In this document: one piece after another, positions 15,180 through 28,900 of the stretch
Layout of the letters: each line of letters begins with the position of its first letter
Position numbering within the stretch: the stretch's first letter is position 1
Assembly: GCA_964035545.1 (NCBI GenBank)
Contig: OZ037766.1
Span: forward strand, 21,936,767 to 22,000,766
Length of the DNA: 64,000 nt
From: Bugula neritina
Taxonomy: Eukaryota > Animalia > Bryozoa
Reading direction: 5' to 3'
Notes under the pieces: model-generated
Told to the model about the DNA's origin: nothing
Database searches by the model: none
Seen by the model: only the letters and a program-made list of their open reading frames with translations
Program-made: the position numbers and the translations under genes

Positions 15180-16955
15180 ATAGTAATACTAATACTAATA
15201 AATAGACATAGTCTGTTAGCCATAGCGATAGTATAGGTATAAGATTCACTTTAAGTATTACTATTACTATTAGATTTAGTAACACTACTAATACTAATAG
15301 TAATATTTAAAGTTAATCTTAATCTTATAGTTATAGTTATTCCATCACTATGACTATGACTAACTCTAAGACTAAGAGTAAGTCTAATAGTAATACTAAT
15401 AGACATACTCATACTCATAGTAATACTAATAGTAATATAAATATTACTAGTAGCAGTATCACCATTACTGTTAGTATTACTATAAGTATTACTATTAGTA
15501 TTACTTAGTAATTTACTGTTAGTATTAGTATTACTATTACAGTATTAGTATTACACTTTTACAGTATAAGCATTAGTATTATAATTATGATAATGATTAT
15601 CATTATGATTATCTATACTATAGACATAGTAATAGCTATAGTATATTATTACTAGCAATAATATTACTATTAGTATTACTTTCAGTGAAAAACGATTTAA
15701 AATCATAGCTGTATTTAATTCATAATAATTTCTGTAAAAATAGACTGTGTCTAGCAAACAAATAGGCGAGTTTATTACAATTTAATTTCAATTTGCACTA
15801 CAAGTAAGGAAGTGTTAGTAAAACTCATTAGCCTATTCGGGAGGAAAAGCCGTTTTTGTAAATACAACATCCTCCTTCGGCAAGTCGGTGCCTTGTTTTA
15901 GGTAAGACAACTTCGATAGGAGACAGACCATCCTTTTCGTTGAACTATGGCTCCAGTTATTTTTAATTAGCTGTTTTGTAAGTGTATGACGTATGTAATA
16001 TATGTTTATGGGCAATACAATAATATATACTATTGTGCTATACTAATTTACACCGGTTGCACTTTGTAGGTGACTTATTACAAATATACCTGTCAGCTTC
16101 TTATATTATGTAAGAATTTTTAGAAAATGTGTATCAATGTAATTTAGAACAATGCATCTAACAAAGAAAGACTGCAGCATTTCATTGGCACGGTCCTTCA
16201 GTGGGTAGTAACTTACAAATAGCAAACTTGTAAAACAATAATTTTGCTTGTTCAATAGATAATAGCAAATAACTTCACCAATTTCTGTGTGATGAGCATT
16301 GAGTTCAATTGATACTATAAATATTGCCTATATTAGTAATATTATAATACTCAAACCCGAACAGGACAGAACAGAGATAAATGAGAAGGAGTAATATTAC
16401 TACATTACTAATTTAAGGTTTAATAGTTCCAATAAATGTTCATTCAATTTACCTACCAATAGCACACTTGCAGGCACTGTTTTTATTGGCTCAATGGTTG
16501 TCTTAAATTTTTTTTATATAAATTGCTTATTGAATTGTTTCACTGAGATTAAACAAAGCTATTTGTTATTTTTTGTCTCAAGAGAGGGTTGCTATACTTA
16601 GTGCAGAACTTGGTTTGTTAGTATAACACATGCGACCCAAAATAGCATGGCTGAACTCACAGTAACCCCTCATTAGAATATGTATATAATGTATATTGTA
16701 TATACTATAAAATAACCCATTATAATGGTTGGTTAAAAAAGAAACCAGGCGAGTTACATTTGAGGATGATTTGAAACCTTAGCTGGTTGATGTATATAAT
16801 AGAACAAATATATTATGTCAGTCATGATATAAATTGTACTTTTCAAAGAGGGGGGATATCAATAGTAAGCATTTATGAAAAGGGGGAATGGTACGAAAAA
16901 GGTTGAGAACCACTGCTTCAGCATATTTCAGCTCCATCAGTTGACAATCATATTT

Positions 16956-17115
16956 AGGTGCAGTAGTGGAGAAATTGAGATAGCCTAAGCTCTTTAAAAT
17001 TCTTTATAAATTTTGGCTTTGGGTGCGGGTTAAATTTTTTTCCGAGAACATAACTCCTTTGTCACATTTCTAGTCTAGAACACAGGCTTTTCTCAATTTC
17101 TCCATTACTGCACCT
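16956..17115. mobile_element. About 160-bp MITE with AGGTGCAGTA termini (Kolobok-like)
   Basis: TIRs aggtgcagtagtggagaaattgaga...tctcaatttctccattactgcacct; related copies at about 48757-48898 and 63435-63588. Confidence 0.75.
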
Positions 17116-17422
17116 ACTTTGACAATAATTTTTATTTAGCATGTGCATCTCAGACTCATTCTTTCAAAAGTTAGACTTGGCATTTCTGGAGAGTAGCCAT
17201 TACAAACGAAGCGAAACAATAAAACATTTCAAGACATCAAACTACTTTTTATTGAAGGTGACAAGATGTGTAGATCATGGAGTTACAATACATGCCATCT
17301 TCTGTCCTACCATCACCAATAAACCATCAGCAATAATATAAAAATGACAAATACACACAGCTAAAAAGTTTATGGTTTGAGTAAGAACAGGTAACAAACT
17401 AAAAGGAAACATAGAAATTAGA

Positions 17423-20400
17423 CTAAGAGACATAATGCCATTTGTTAAGAGAACTGGGGGGATCAGCGGACGGCCCATGTGCATCACTGGACTCCACCTC
17501 TTTATTAGCCTCTTCCTGTGTAATCAGAAATGGACTCCCCTCCACGGAAACACTCGCTCTGAAATAAAATACGCTTGAATAAAGTAAATAAATAGAGGAA
17601 ATCTGCATGTAGAGTAGATGGCCACATAATGTGTATCACTACAACTCTAGTGAAAATTCTCAAGTTTAGTAATAATTGACGAATTTGTTGAAAATTGTTC
17701 CAATTACATGATCACATGATTAGAGAAATTCTGCAGCAATGCAGAGCCTATAGTATAAAGATGATGTTTTTGTAACCATGACTACTAGCAATAGTAAATA
17801 TAACTTCATTCATAGAATGTTTACTAAAAAGTGTATTTGAATACATGCAATACTAAAGATGGAACAGTTAATAGTAGGTTTTGTAAAGTTAAAAGAGGGC
17901 TTTAAATGGCAACTTTTTCTACTTGATGCTAGTAGAAAAAGGTACCAGGATCACAGCATAATAGCACTGCAAACAAGATGTAAACCCTTCCTCTCACATA
18001 TACCACCAATACCAGCATTGAAAGTATACAAAACACCCTTTGTGCAAAAAATCAACAGTTCTGAATCATCATAATCAGAGTTATAAATAGAATACAACTG
18101 TAGAATTTAGCTATTCAGCAAGTTTCATAGCTTGTGGTGGCCTACAGTAACAGGTTATTAAATCAGTTTCTATCAAATTTTTCAGCAGAATGTAGCTTTT
18201 CATACTCTCATTTTCATAGAATACTTGTAATAACTCTGACCCATTCAATCCACCGGAGTCGGTTTCACTCATCACCAACTTTCTCCACTGCTCCGACGTC
18301 TGAGAGATAACACTAAGAGCAAAAGTTTTGTTTTTAGCCTCCCCATTGAAAGCAAATGAGTTCTTAGGTTTGCCATCAGGAATCTTGTAGAGCACAAACC
18401 ATTCATACGTGGCCTGTAAGACATTACAGCAGAGGTTGGCTTGATAGAAGTTCTTAGATAGATAGATGCCACCCAAAATCTCAATGTTTAAAAGTATTCT
18501 AGTAATAGCGGCTATCATATTATTGCACACAAGTAAATTGGTATGTAATTGGATATGATTTGTAACAAACTATAAAACATATTAGATGTTAGTTAACCAG
18601 GGTTGAGGAGAAGATCTAAAGAGACAGAGCTTACCTTGAGTAGGCCAGGTTTCAACCTTTCAATATCTTCTACATCTGAAATAAGAATGAGATTGTAGTA
18701 GAGTGTTCACACCTGCTACTCACAGCAGATGAAGTACCTACTGTGTATATCTAGTTTTAGACTGCATCGCCTATCTTTGGTGAATCAATTCCACCAGTTT
18801 GCTGTTGGTTTAGAATTATTGGTTTGACCAAGTTTTCCTACTTGTTGTGAATGCTAGTAACAAGAATTATCATTCAATCCGTTGTAAAAGCAGTAATATC
18901 AAATAGCAATTTAAAAGTTATATCTATCTGAATCGTAAATGTAAATTTGTAGGTAAATAGGGCAAAAGCTATGTTAGTAAATTTTGCTATTTGTTATTGC
19001 AAGCATGGCAGAAGGTGCTAAACTACATTATTATTGGTTTCAAAATTGACAGCTTGCAGTTGGAAGAGCTAGAAAAAGGATATGATGTAGCAGCTGTTAG
19101 AGCTTCGTACTAATGTAGCAGTGCATATGAATGCAGTTTACATAAAGCATAGAAAAATAGAACTAGTTGAATTATCTTACCATTCATTTCATTAGCTAAA
19201 GGATCGTTGACATCTATGACTAGTACCTTCCAGTCGGTCTCCCCTGTAAATCAATCATACAATATCTAGGTAGAGCTCATCAATAAACTTAACATTACTA
19301 ATTAATACAGTTTATCAATAAACTTTATAAACACTGATCAATAACACATATCAATAAAAACTATCAATACCTACAGATTATTAAAACATAACTGGTTTAA
19401 AATAAGGTCATATCTGATAGCCCAGACGAGGCACATGCAGGTTTTACAAGTAGAAATGATGCTAAAAGGCATTTAAATTAGCATAAATTCAAGCAGGGGC
19501 GAGTTCTTACTATTCCATGGACCATATTCATGGCAATATAGGTATAAAAACCTGTGACGAGAAGTGGGGAGTTGATTTTTATTGTATAAGATTTATGCTG
19601 AATACAGCATTACTTAAGTAAATTATTTTCTAAAATAAAAACAGATTAATATATTATTAGTAACAAATTTAGTAATATATTAGAAACAACTTTTTTCCAT
19701 GAAATTCTAAATATACCTATCAAAATCACATTGAACTTTTCATAAATTAAAAAATAATCACTACATTCATTTTTAAAAACCTTTTTCAGTAAAACAAATT
19801 AGTTCTCACCTTCGTCCAACATGGCCATAACGCCAAGGACTTTGACTTGAATTACAGAGCCAATAGGATGGACAGTATCTCCTATTTCGCACACGTCTAG
19901 TGGGTCATTGTCGCCCATAGCACCAGTATGCTCATCCTTGTGCTTAGGGTCCTCCCATGTCTAACAACATGACCACTAAATCATTGCATTATTGTAACGT
20001 GACATTTTGGTAAATCAGATAATAGTTTGGATTGCATCAATAAAAATACTAAGACTTTTCAAATTTGTCATAATGTTCATTATTTGATTCTTGGATTACA
20101 GTTAAGCAAAGCCAATAATTTTACACTTTCAGAAACTTTACAATTCTTAGATAACAACATATTACAATTTTTCCAGTTCCTTGATAATTAACCCACAACA
20201 TGGCAGCACAAGCTAAATTTAGTTTGACTAACACTAGTGTTATGAAAGTACAAGAGCTTGGGAGCTGCACAGTATTAGTTGAGTTGGTTTCTTTATAATA
20301 CAAATGAAGCGAAGTGGTAGTAGCAGTAGCAGCAGCAGCAGTATTAGTTACAATAGTAGCAGTAGAAGAAGTAGAAGACCAGCAATATGAATATGCTGCA

Positions 20401-23120
20401 ATTAATAACCATTCAATTGATTTTACTATGTCTATTATGTGAAAACTAACTCATCAGTTTCTTTGTAAGGCAAATGGAACAGCTTTCAAGACCAGTGATT
20501 ATTAAAATATCAAGAAAAGACAAAATAAGATTTGTAGATAAACCAATCGCATTTATTTTCTATTAAATTGCTACTCGATTGAGATACTTATGATTGTATT
20601 ATTTATGCCAATAAATATAGTAAAATCACATTAGAGTTGGTAAGTAAATTTCTTCTACCAAGTACCTGAGGAAAAGCGCCATAGTTCCAAATGTAACCAT
20701 GATGAGGAAAGACATTACCAACAAATCTAAGTTTCCCTTTCTTTTCATCTTGTTTAATATAATTCAGTTTACCTTTAGTGCTCATCTACAAGCGTAGTAG
20801 AAAAGTAGTTTTACTGAAATTATAAAAAATACATTTATAGATTTATGGCTGCAGCATAATAAACTCATTTTCCATTTTTAAAAATTAAAAAACCTTGGCT
20901 GTCAAATTTAATTAATATGTTAATTTTGCTAGAAATTATATTTTGCGGTTACAAGGAGAAAGTTTTAAGATCTACATAAACTTATTGAAGGCATTACTAC
21001 ACAATATGTCTTCACAAAAATCCAGTATACAAATTTCATCAATCAGAACACAAGGCACAGCTAATATATAAATTCGAATGTAGCATAACCATATAAGGGA
21101 AGCTTGAAATACTGTTTCACTAAAACCTAGTCCGTAATTAGTTGCACAGCAATTATTCTGACCTCCATCTTAGCGTTACTCCATCTAGGTATTTCCACCA
21201 CCATGTTGAAGATGTTGTTTTCTTTATCAGAGTATAACGGTATGTCGTGCCATATTGAGCAAGTGCCTGATGGACCCTCTGAAATGGTGCAATTATAAAT
21301 TTGGTTAATAATTAAAGCATAGCATATTTTTAATGAATTGGTTGCTGAACAGTAATGGTACAGTGCATGTAAACACAATACACCTGAGTACCAGTACCAC
21401 ACCTACTCTTTGCTTAGTCATAGTAAATGAAATAATTGTCACAAATTAACACTCACACTCATACCAAACAACACCAATGCAATACGAACACTGACATACT
21501 ACTCATACTACTTCTCAAATAAAATTAAACTTGAATGAGACTTACAGTTACACTTCAAAGCTAATTACAGTTATGAATTAATTGTTATAGCCTATTTTTT
21601 ACACTTACAGTAACACTTACTGCCATTAAGTATAATGTAGCAATAGTTTCACAAAATATTTTTAGATTACAGTTAGAGAATTACCATTTTTTTACATTTT
21701 CAATCTAATTATTATTACTAGTAGTAGCACTGCTAGTATGGGTATGACTGCACAGTCACAGTGTATTACTTTTATCAGTAGGACTATGAGTAAAACATTA
21801 GCTACTCTATACAACTAGGTTATACTCACTTTATATATAATACTGTGTAAGATAAACTCATAAAGATTAGTCATTGCCGGTTATGTATAAACATAGAAAC
21901 TAAGATTGTAAAAATGAGTATGACACTACAGGTATGAGTAAAACTATAACATTAACTGACTTACTATTAGTATTATTACATTCATTTCTATTGAAAACAT
22001 TATTTAAATGTAATTATCATTGTTTATATTCCTATTAAATTTAAATTTATAACTATATTATAAATACATTTCTAGCAGTAACTTTACAGTTAGTGTAACT
22101 TACTTTTAGTTTTACTTTTATGGAGTAAAATTTTTTGGCTAATACTAATAGTAATAGTATTTGATTAAAAATTACACTTTTAGCTTTACTTATATTATAA
22201 GTTAGAATAATAGTAATTACTAATTATTAATACTAATTACCTAATTTAAATTGAATTAGCTCAAATTATACTTAGGCCTATTTAAACTTATAAAAATAAT
22301 TATATTTATTTATTACAGTTTTAGTTTAGTTTTACTATAAGATCAACTTCAAGTATAACTTATAAACTATAATAGGCTACTATTGTACTATTAGTCTATT
22401 ACCTATGTCTTATTATCATACTTAGTCTTAATTTTATAGTTAAAGTTATAGTAAACTCAAACTGTAAAACTAGATGTAACACTAACACTATGACTATGAG
22501 TAATGCCTATGGCTAATGATGATGGCATAATAATCATCATGTCATAAGTAATAACTAATACTAATAGTAATATTAATACCTATATTAATAAATATTGATT
22601 AATTAAATTTTAACTCAAGGCTAAGAGTAACTGAGTAAGTCTAAGTCTTGCTCTTACAAAGACAGTATGAGTACCGGTACGAGTAACACTAACAGTAAGT
22701 GTAACTGTAAGACTTAGACAAGACCAAGAGTAAGTGCAATTAATGAACTATAACTTTATAGCTACAGTTATATACTGAGTTACCCATGCTCATACCGATA
22801 GTCAAAGTAATACGTAGATTTAATTAGTTATTTAGTCTTACTTTTACTATTTACTTTTAGTTTTGCTTTTAGTTTTACTACTTCAACTTGCCTATATAAA
22901 CACGGTAGTTGTCCGTGAATTTATTTCCTCTCTCAACTGCCTTGAAAGCCATAGTAGAAATACAACTGCCGGACGAATTATTTAATTGAGGTAGAAAACG
23001 ATTCGTAAAAATGGAATGTCTTTTTAATCCTCGAGAGCAAGTTAATTGCAGTTGCAAAAACCCTCGACTGAACATGGACAGGAATAAAATTTGGGAAACA
23101 AGTGAAACGGATATTGCCAT
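17423..23120 (-). CDS. PPA1: Inorganic pyrophosphatase (family I, PPA1/PPA2-like) with an N-terminal mitochondrial presequence
   Basis: Exons 23120-22892, 21278-21163 (WHDIPL...[13 protein letters not shown]), 20785-20666 ([12 protein letters not shown]...[10 protein letters not shown]), 19960-19810 (TWEDP...[12 protein letters not shown]...LDEG), 19243-19181 (ETDWK), 18675-18635, 18413-18241 (YKIPDGKP) and 17558-17423 join in frame. Confidence 0.95.
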
Positions 23121-23709
23121 ACCTTCTTATCGTTGCGCATGCTTACAAGATGTCCCGCGTGTGGTAAAGAGGAGATAATTCTATAATACTGTGAAGCTGT
23201 CAAATAATTAATCACATAAGCAATTACCATTATAGTTTATAACATCTATTATAATTTATAATATTGTATAATTTTGATACATGCCTTATGTTTAGACCAC
23301 AAAATTTCTAATTTTAAAAAAAGAAAAAGATAAATATTTTTCTTCTTCTTTTTTATGTAACTGAGGTCAGATTTCTTGAGCTATGATGAGTAGGTATATC
23401 AGCATTTTATTTTGATTACGAAAATAGAAAAATTCAACATTATCTGCAGTAAGTGCATAATCTGTATTTTCACCCAAAAACAGTATTATAAAGCGTAACA
23501 TTAGTTTGAGGTTGTGGGATATTGCATTGAAGCCAGCTTACATTTCAAACTATGTCTATGTACATGGTAAGATATATAATATTTTAAAACAATTTCTTTA
23601 AAATAGTGCGTATGTATGAAGGGTATTCGGTTGCATATGAAAACTCTGAGGCAGGCAATTTTACATGATGCAGTTATTATTTACGTTTTGCCTCCAACAG
23701 AAAAAATAC

Positions 23710-23711
<2 letters not shown>

Positions 23712-23761
<50 letters not shown>
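23712..23761. repeat. (TG)n microsatellite
   Basis: About 25 TG units. Confidence 0.95.
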
Positions 23762-23764
<3 letters not shown>

Positions 23765-24715
23765 TAAAAATTTTAGTGCAGATTTTATAAAATTTTTCTT
23801 TGTAAGTGCAAGTTAGCAATCTAGCTCAACACCCTTTCTTAAAAGTCACATTTACTGTGCACTATTCTACAGCTGTTTCAGGTTGCTTTTGAGTCAAGTG
23901 TAGAACATAATTAACTTACCACTAAATCTCATCAGTAATAACAATAATGATTACAATCATTTGTACAAAATATACAATATGAACTCTTGGCACTTGTGAC
24001 GTTTCTAGCATAACCTAATCAGTGCTTTATACAAAATCTTGTTATGGTTATTAAAATAATGCTCTTTTAATAGTATAACAAATACTAGCTGCAGGTTATG
24101 AGTTGCAGTTTTCAATGAGCATTATAGGAAATGTCTTTAGTCAATAATATACTGCTTATTGGCCTCCAGGAGTAAGTGTTAGAAAATTGCTCTCTAATTG
24201 ATTATTAATTTGTGGACATTAGGGAATAATATGGCATTGCTAAGTTAATAAAATTGCTAAAGAAAATAAAATGCATAACCTGCAACATGCTGAATTCTGG
24301 TTAAAGTATATTCTACAAGCTTACATGGCCAGAATGATAAATAGTATGTATTTAGCATCTTTCATACACTACATAAATAAAATACACTATATAAGTCAAA
24401 ATAATATTTAGGGTTGAGAACCCCATTGCATATACAATATAAGTAGTAAAATATAATTAGAAGTATTTAGCTCAGCAAAAGCTGATTAGCGTACTTAGAG
24501 GTTACTTCCACGTGTAGGGTAAAGTTTCTATTTTATTCGCCATAGCATACATACTAGTGACTAGAGCCTGCACAGTACAATTACTCTAGCAGTCAACTGT
24601 TAACAGGTTGGTTTTGCTTCTCTGTGGTCAGAAAGAAGACTTGACAAGCAACAATGTTCATGAATGATAAGGCTGTTTTTAATTTCTGTATAGTGTACAC
24701 CTCAATATATAAATA

Positions 24716-25987
24716 TCATGGAATCCAGTTTCTGCAGAACAGTTCTTTGAGTCTCTTCCACTTGATGATTTTGAGAAACGCTTCCCTCATATTATCCATC
24801 GATAAAGCATAAATGATGGGATTCACACTAGAGTTCACATGTCCTAACCATGTCACTGCACTCAACACTCTATCATCTATGACGCAACTCTTGCAAATTG
24901 CTGTAACAAAGTTGCATATAAAAAATGGCAGCCAGAATGCTAAGAAAATACCTAAGACAATAGCTAGTGTTCGAGCCACTCTGTATTCATTTCTAGGATT
25001 GCTGTCCTTTTTTACACTGTGATTGGTTGTTACTCTGTGTGCCTGCTCACATGTTACAGATTGCTTGTCAAGTGTTTGCCAATTTTCAATTAAATTGGTT
25101 TCCCCATGAACCGGGTTGTTCGGATATCTTATCTGTAGACTAACTTTGTCTACAAACTGGTTCTCAGAACGAGCAACACTCGGTTTAATGGAGGTATACT
25201 TGCATCTCAAATTACCCTTTGAGTCTACTTGAGCCTCGCTCAACTTATTTTTGGTCAGCTGCCCTCCGCGATGAGCCCGCAAATAAGCTCCAGATACTTT
25301 ACGTATAGACAAGGTTGTAGCTAGTGAATATTCATTAGATTGTGCCCTAATCACTAAAAATATCTTAAAGTAGACTACTATCATAATCATGACGGGAGCG
25401 TAGAACGATACGATAGAAGAGAGGACAAGGTAGATGGTGTCAGCAGTGAATATGCACTCACCTAGCACAACCTCATCAACTAAGTACCACCAGTAAATGG
25501 ACGGAAAAGAAATGGCAGCACTCAAAACCCAAACTACACTTATACATATTAGCCCCCTGCTCTTAGACATTAACCTCGGGTATGCGATAGGATTAGTCAC
25601 TGCCCAGTATCTGTCTAAAGAGATGATACACAAGTTTAGAATAGAAGCGGTACTAGCCAAGACGTCCAAGGAGTGCCAGAAATGGCACATGGCTTGACTA
25701 TACGGCCAGTATCTATATACTTGATAGGCAATGTTGAGAGGCATAACTCCTACACCTATGATCAAATCAGCAATAGCTAAGCTTAGGATCATGTGATTGG
25801 TAACAATCCGCAGTTCTTTGAAACAGCTGACAGCGAGTACAACCAGAGCATTTCCTGCCACTGTAACCAGGGGGATTAGGATTAATACCAAGTATACATA
25901 ATCATAAGTTCCATTCTTCTCAGTCCAGATTTTTGTGATCAAAGAAATATTTGAAGTTGTATGGTAGCTCTGTACTGTTTCATCCAT
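24716..25987 (-). CDS. Dop1R2: Class A aminergic GPCR, invertebrate-type dopamine receptor (Dop1R2/INDR-like)
   Basis: Seven hydrophobic segments; LAIADL, CHFWHSLDVLASTASILNLCIISLDRYWAV (TM3 Asp, INDR-like), SSIVSFY (TM5 serines), FWLPFF, NSSVNPIIY. The frame stays open 12 codons upstream to a splice acceptor at about 26024. Confidence 0.88.
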   Translation of the reverse strand: MDETVQSYHTTSNISLITKIWTEKNGTYDYVYLVLILIPLVTVAGNALVVLAVSCFKELRIVTNHMILSLAIADLIIGVGVMPLNIAYQVYRYWPYSQAMCHFWHSLDVLASTASILNLCIISLDRYWAVTNPIAYPRLMSKSRGLICISVVWVLSAAISFPSIYWWYLVDEVVLGECIFTADTIYLVLSSIVSFYAPVMIMIVVYFKIFLVIRAQSNEYSLATTLSIRKVSGAYLRAHRGGQLTKNKLSEAQVDSKGNLRCKYTSIKPSVARSENQFVDKVSLQIRYPNNPVHGETNLIENWQTLDKQSVTCEQAHRVTTNHSVKKDSNPRNEYRVARTLAIVLGIFLAFWLPFFICNFVTAICKSCVIDDRVLSAVTWLGHVNSSVNPIIYALSMDNMREAFLKIIKWKRLKELFCRNWIP

Positions 25988-28900
25988 CTCAGTCGATTCA
26001 TTGTTTTCATCAGACAGATAAACCTAAATATAAAATATTGTTAAGGAATTGTTTTTGAATCTTTATAGAATAAAACCCATGGGGTATAATAAACAAACAT
26101 AATATTAAAAACTTCAAATAGTTTCACTGCTATTAGAATGGTTGTCAAAGTAAATCAAATGAAACATTTGAGCTTATATATATAGACAACAAAATATCCT
26201 ATCCATAATGTTATTACTTTATAGTACCAGAAGCTAGGTAGTATATGCACACATGTTGTATGTATTGAAAATGGTATAAATATATTTAAACTGAGATAAT
26301 ATTTTAGTTTGCTAGCTTACGTTGTAGTAATACTATTTTGTTAGTAAGTTACCACGTAATTATACAAAACAATAACTATTGGTGCACAATTTTTGAGCCC
26401 TCTATTAAGTGTAATAAAAGTAATGCTCTCAGCACTTAGCAGGACTTGAAGAATTATCATTATCATTATCATTATAGTTATATAATAGAGCTGGTAGGCT
26501 AGAATGCTGATCTAATTTATACATCTATTATTGTCATTACATTAACCAAATATGTGCTCCTACTTTGCAGTATATACATGTATATAATACTAGTGAAGTT
26601 AGTTATAGATAGTAATATTAGTAGGTATAGTGATTAATGCTAGTAAAGGGTCATGTTTGAAGATAGTGATGTTAGTTTATAGTTATTATAGTAGATAATG
26701 ATGATAGTGATATTAGTAGGTAGTGATGTTTTTTAACAGTGATTCATAATCTCATGCTCATATTTATCCCATGTGTGGCATCAGTATTTAATTTTGATAT
26801 ATAACCTACACAAGCATATAATTTTTGTAAGAAAAACTAAAGAATGTGCATATTTGACAGTGATATTTGTTTACATATAATGTACATGCATACTCATATT
26901 TATTCAACCACCCTATCTTTTGTTCGATTATAACTAGCATACAATAATTGCAATATTAAGCAATACGCCCAAAAGAGGAAAATTATTATTATGCAACATA
27001 ATATAAACTATTCCCCTGCTTTAGGAACAAGGGCCAGACTTTGTCTGGTTTCATTAACATTCATCAATAGATGAGCATGCTCAGAGGATATCATGCCACA
27101 AAAGGAACAGGAAATTACTTTTTTGTCTTACTTTATTATTATAAACTTAGCCAGTATGAATTCACTGGCTGATGCATCATTTGAGTCCTGATAGATAAAA
27201 CCTATAAGATGGTGTAATTACTGACTTATGGCTAATTACTCAACAATGTTGAAACAGTAGAAACATGTAGTTAAGCAAAAGCAATGATTATCTAATTTAC
27301 AGATTAAACCAGTCTCACCATCTTCAGAATATTCTACCTGCATGTGAGTTTAGAATATAAAGGTTTAAGCAGCACGATGTTAGAGCCGAGTAAGCACATT
27401 AGATACATTAGCCCTATTTAGTTAAATGATGTAGCTCTTACTATATAACATAATGTGGTGATTTCTGAACAATTAGATTGGCAATAATTCAACATTAATT
27501 TTATGCAACTGCATGTGTTTTATTATTCTAGCAAAGTTTAGCATATCAATATGTATAGGCATTAGCCTTTAAAATTTGTCACACGCTATTGGCTAATCGA
27601 AACTGACTAGATTTTTCTATATTATAGGTTTATTACCTTGCAAGTTTAATGGGTTTTATGAAATTAGGTTATAGATTTAACTATGCATGGGGAAAAATTT
27701 TGTCTCACCTAATTTGCTACTGTCTAACAAAAATCTTTACCCAGCTAGAATTTTAGAAAATATATAGACAGATAAGTTCATAAGCAAAATGCTTGCAATA
27801 ACGTTCTCAAGTGTCTTCTGTTTTTACCTTCCTCTTTTGTTTTATTTATTGTGAATGCAGTATATGTATTAAAGGTAATCTGCACTTAAATTTAGTTTGG
27901 AAATATTTTCAAAGCTATACCAAGTTTTACAATTAAAAATGATAGGTAGCTTTGAATTTGTTCTAGGTTTAGAGACCTAAAATGGAAGGAACCCGTTTTA
28001 GATGTAAAATAATCACTGTACCTCAATCAACTTTAGTCACTGGAATAATTCAACTTGCTACAACATGCAATTATTTTATTGGAAATTTCAAATTGAAATG
28101 TTAAAAGTTCCTATGCAATATTTTTAATTAATTTAATTTCTATATAACAAGAGTTTCATTCAGCCTAAATGGTTCTGCAAGTAACAGAATTTAAAAAGTG
28201 ATTTCTCTTGTCATAGACGAGCTCACTAAGTTCTCGCAGTAACAAAAAATATCATGAGCTACTAGGTTGCAAGTAGTAGAATGATGGATTATGCAAACGC
28301 ATATGTGTTGATTTAGAATTTGCAATGTATATAATATAATCTACGATAGCCATGTGTAGCATTGCTGTGGCTCTGTATGCAAAATGTCTTTTGATCAAGC
28401 ATCAGGACATTCTGCACTGCATCATATGGCTTGTTTCAATTTAAAATCTAATATAATAATATATTTCACTAATTAAAAAAAAGTTATTTAATTCTGGATA
28501 GCAAAGTTTCAATTGTTTAAGAAATTTTTCTACAATTTTCCTTTATATTTGGGCTTAAAGCAGTTTTAAATTAATGAAAAAGTAAAGAATGCAATTTTGG
28601 CATAAAAGTTTGCTAAAAAAGCCAAAGTTATAAATTCCATACCTATATATTTGGAAAATCATCATATTGAAACTTATAGTTGTAGAAAAACATTGCACAT
28701 GAGCATTGCACACGACTTTTGCATTGCCTATCATTATTTTATGTGTAGCCAACTTTTAGTTTATTTTGTAGTCATAGTTAATGAGAATTTAATGTTTTCA
28801 GTTTTTATAAATATAAACTAAAAATGTATTACAAATCTGGCAAAGCTTTAGATATCAAAGCATGCACCAAAATTTTTAATGTCCTTAGTGACTGCCATGC

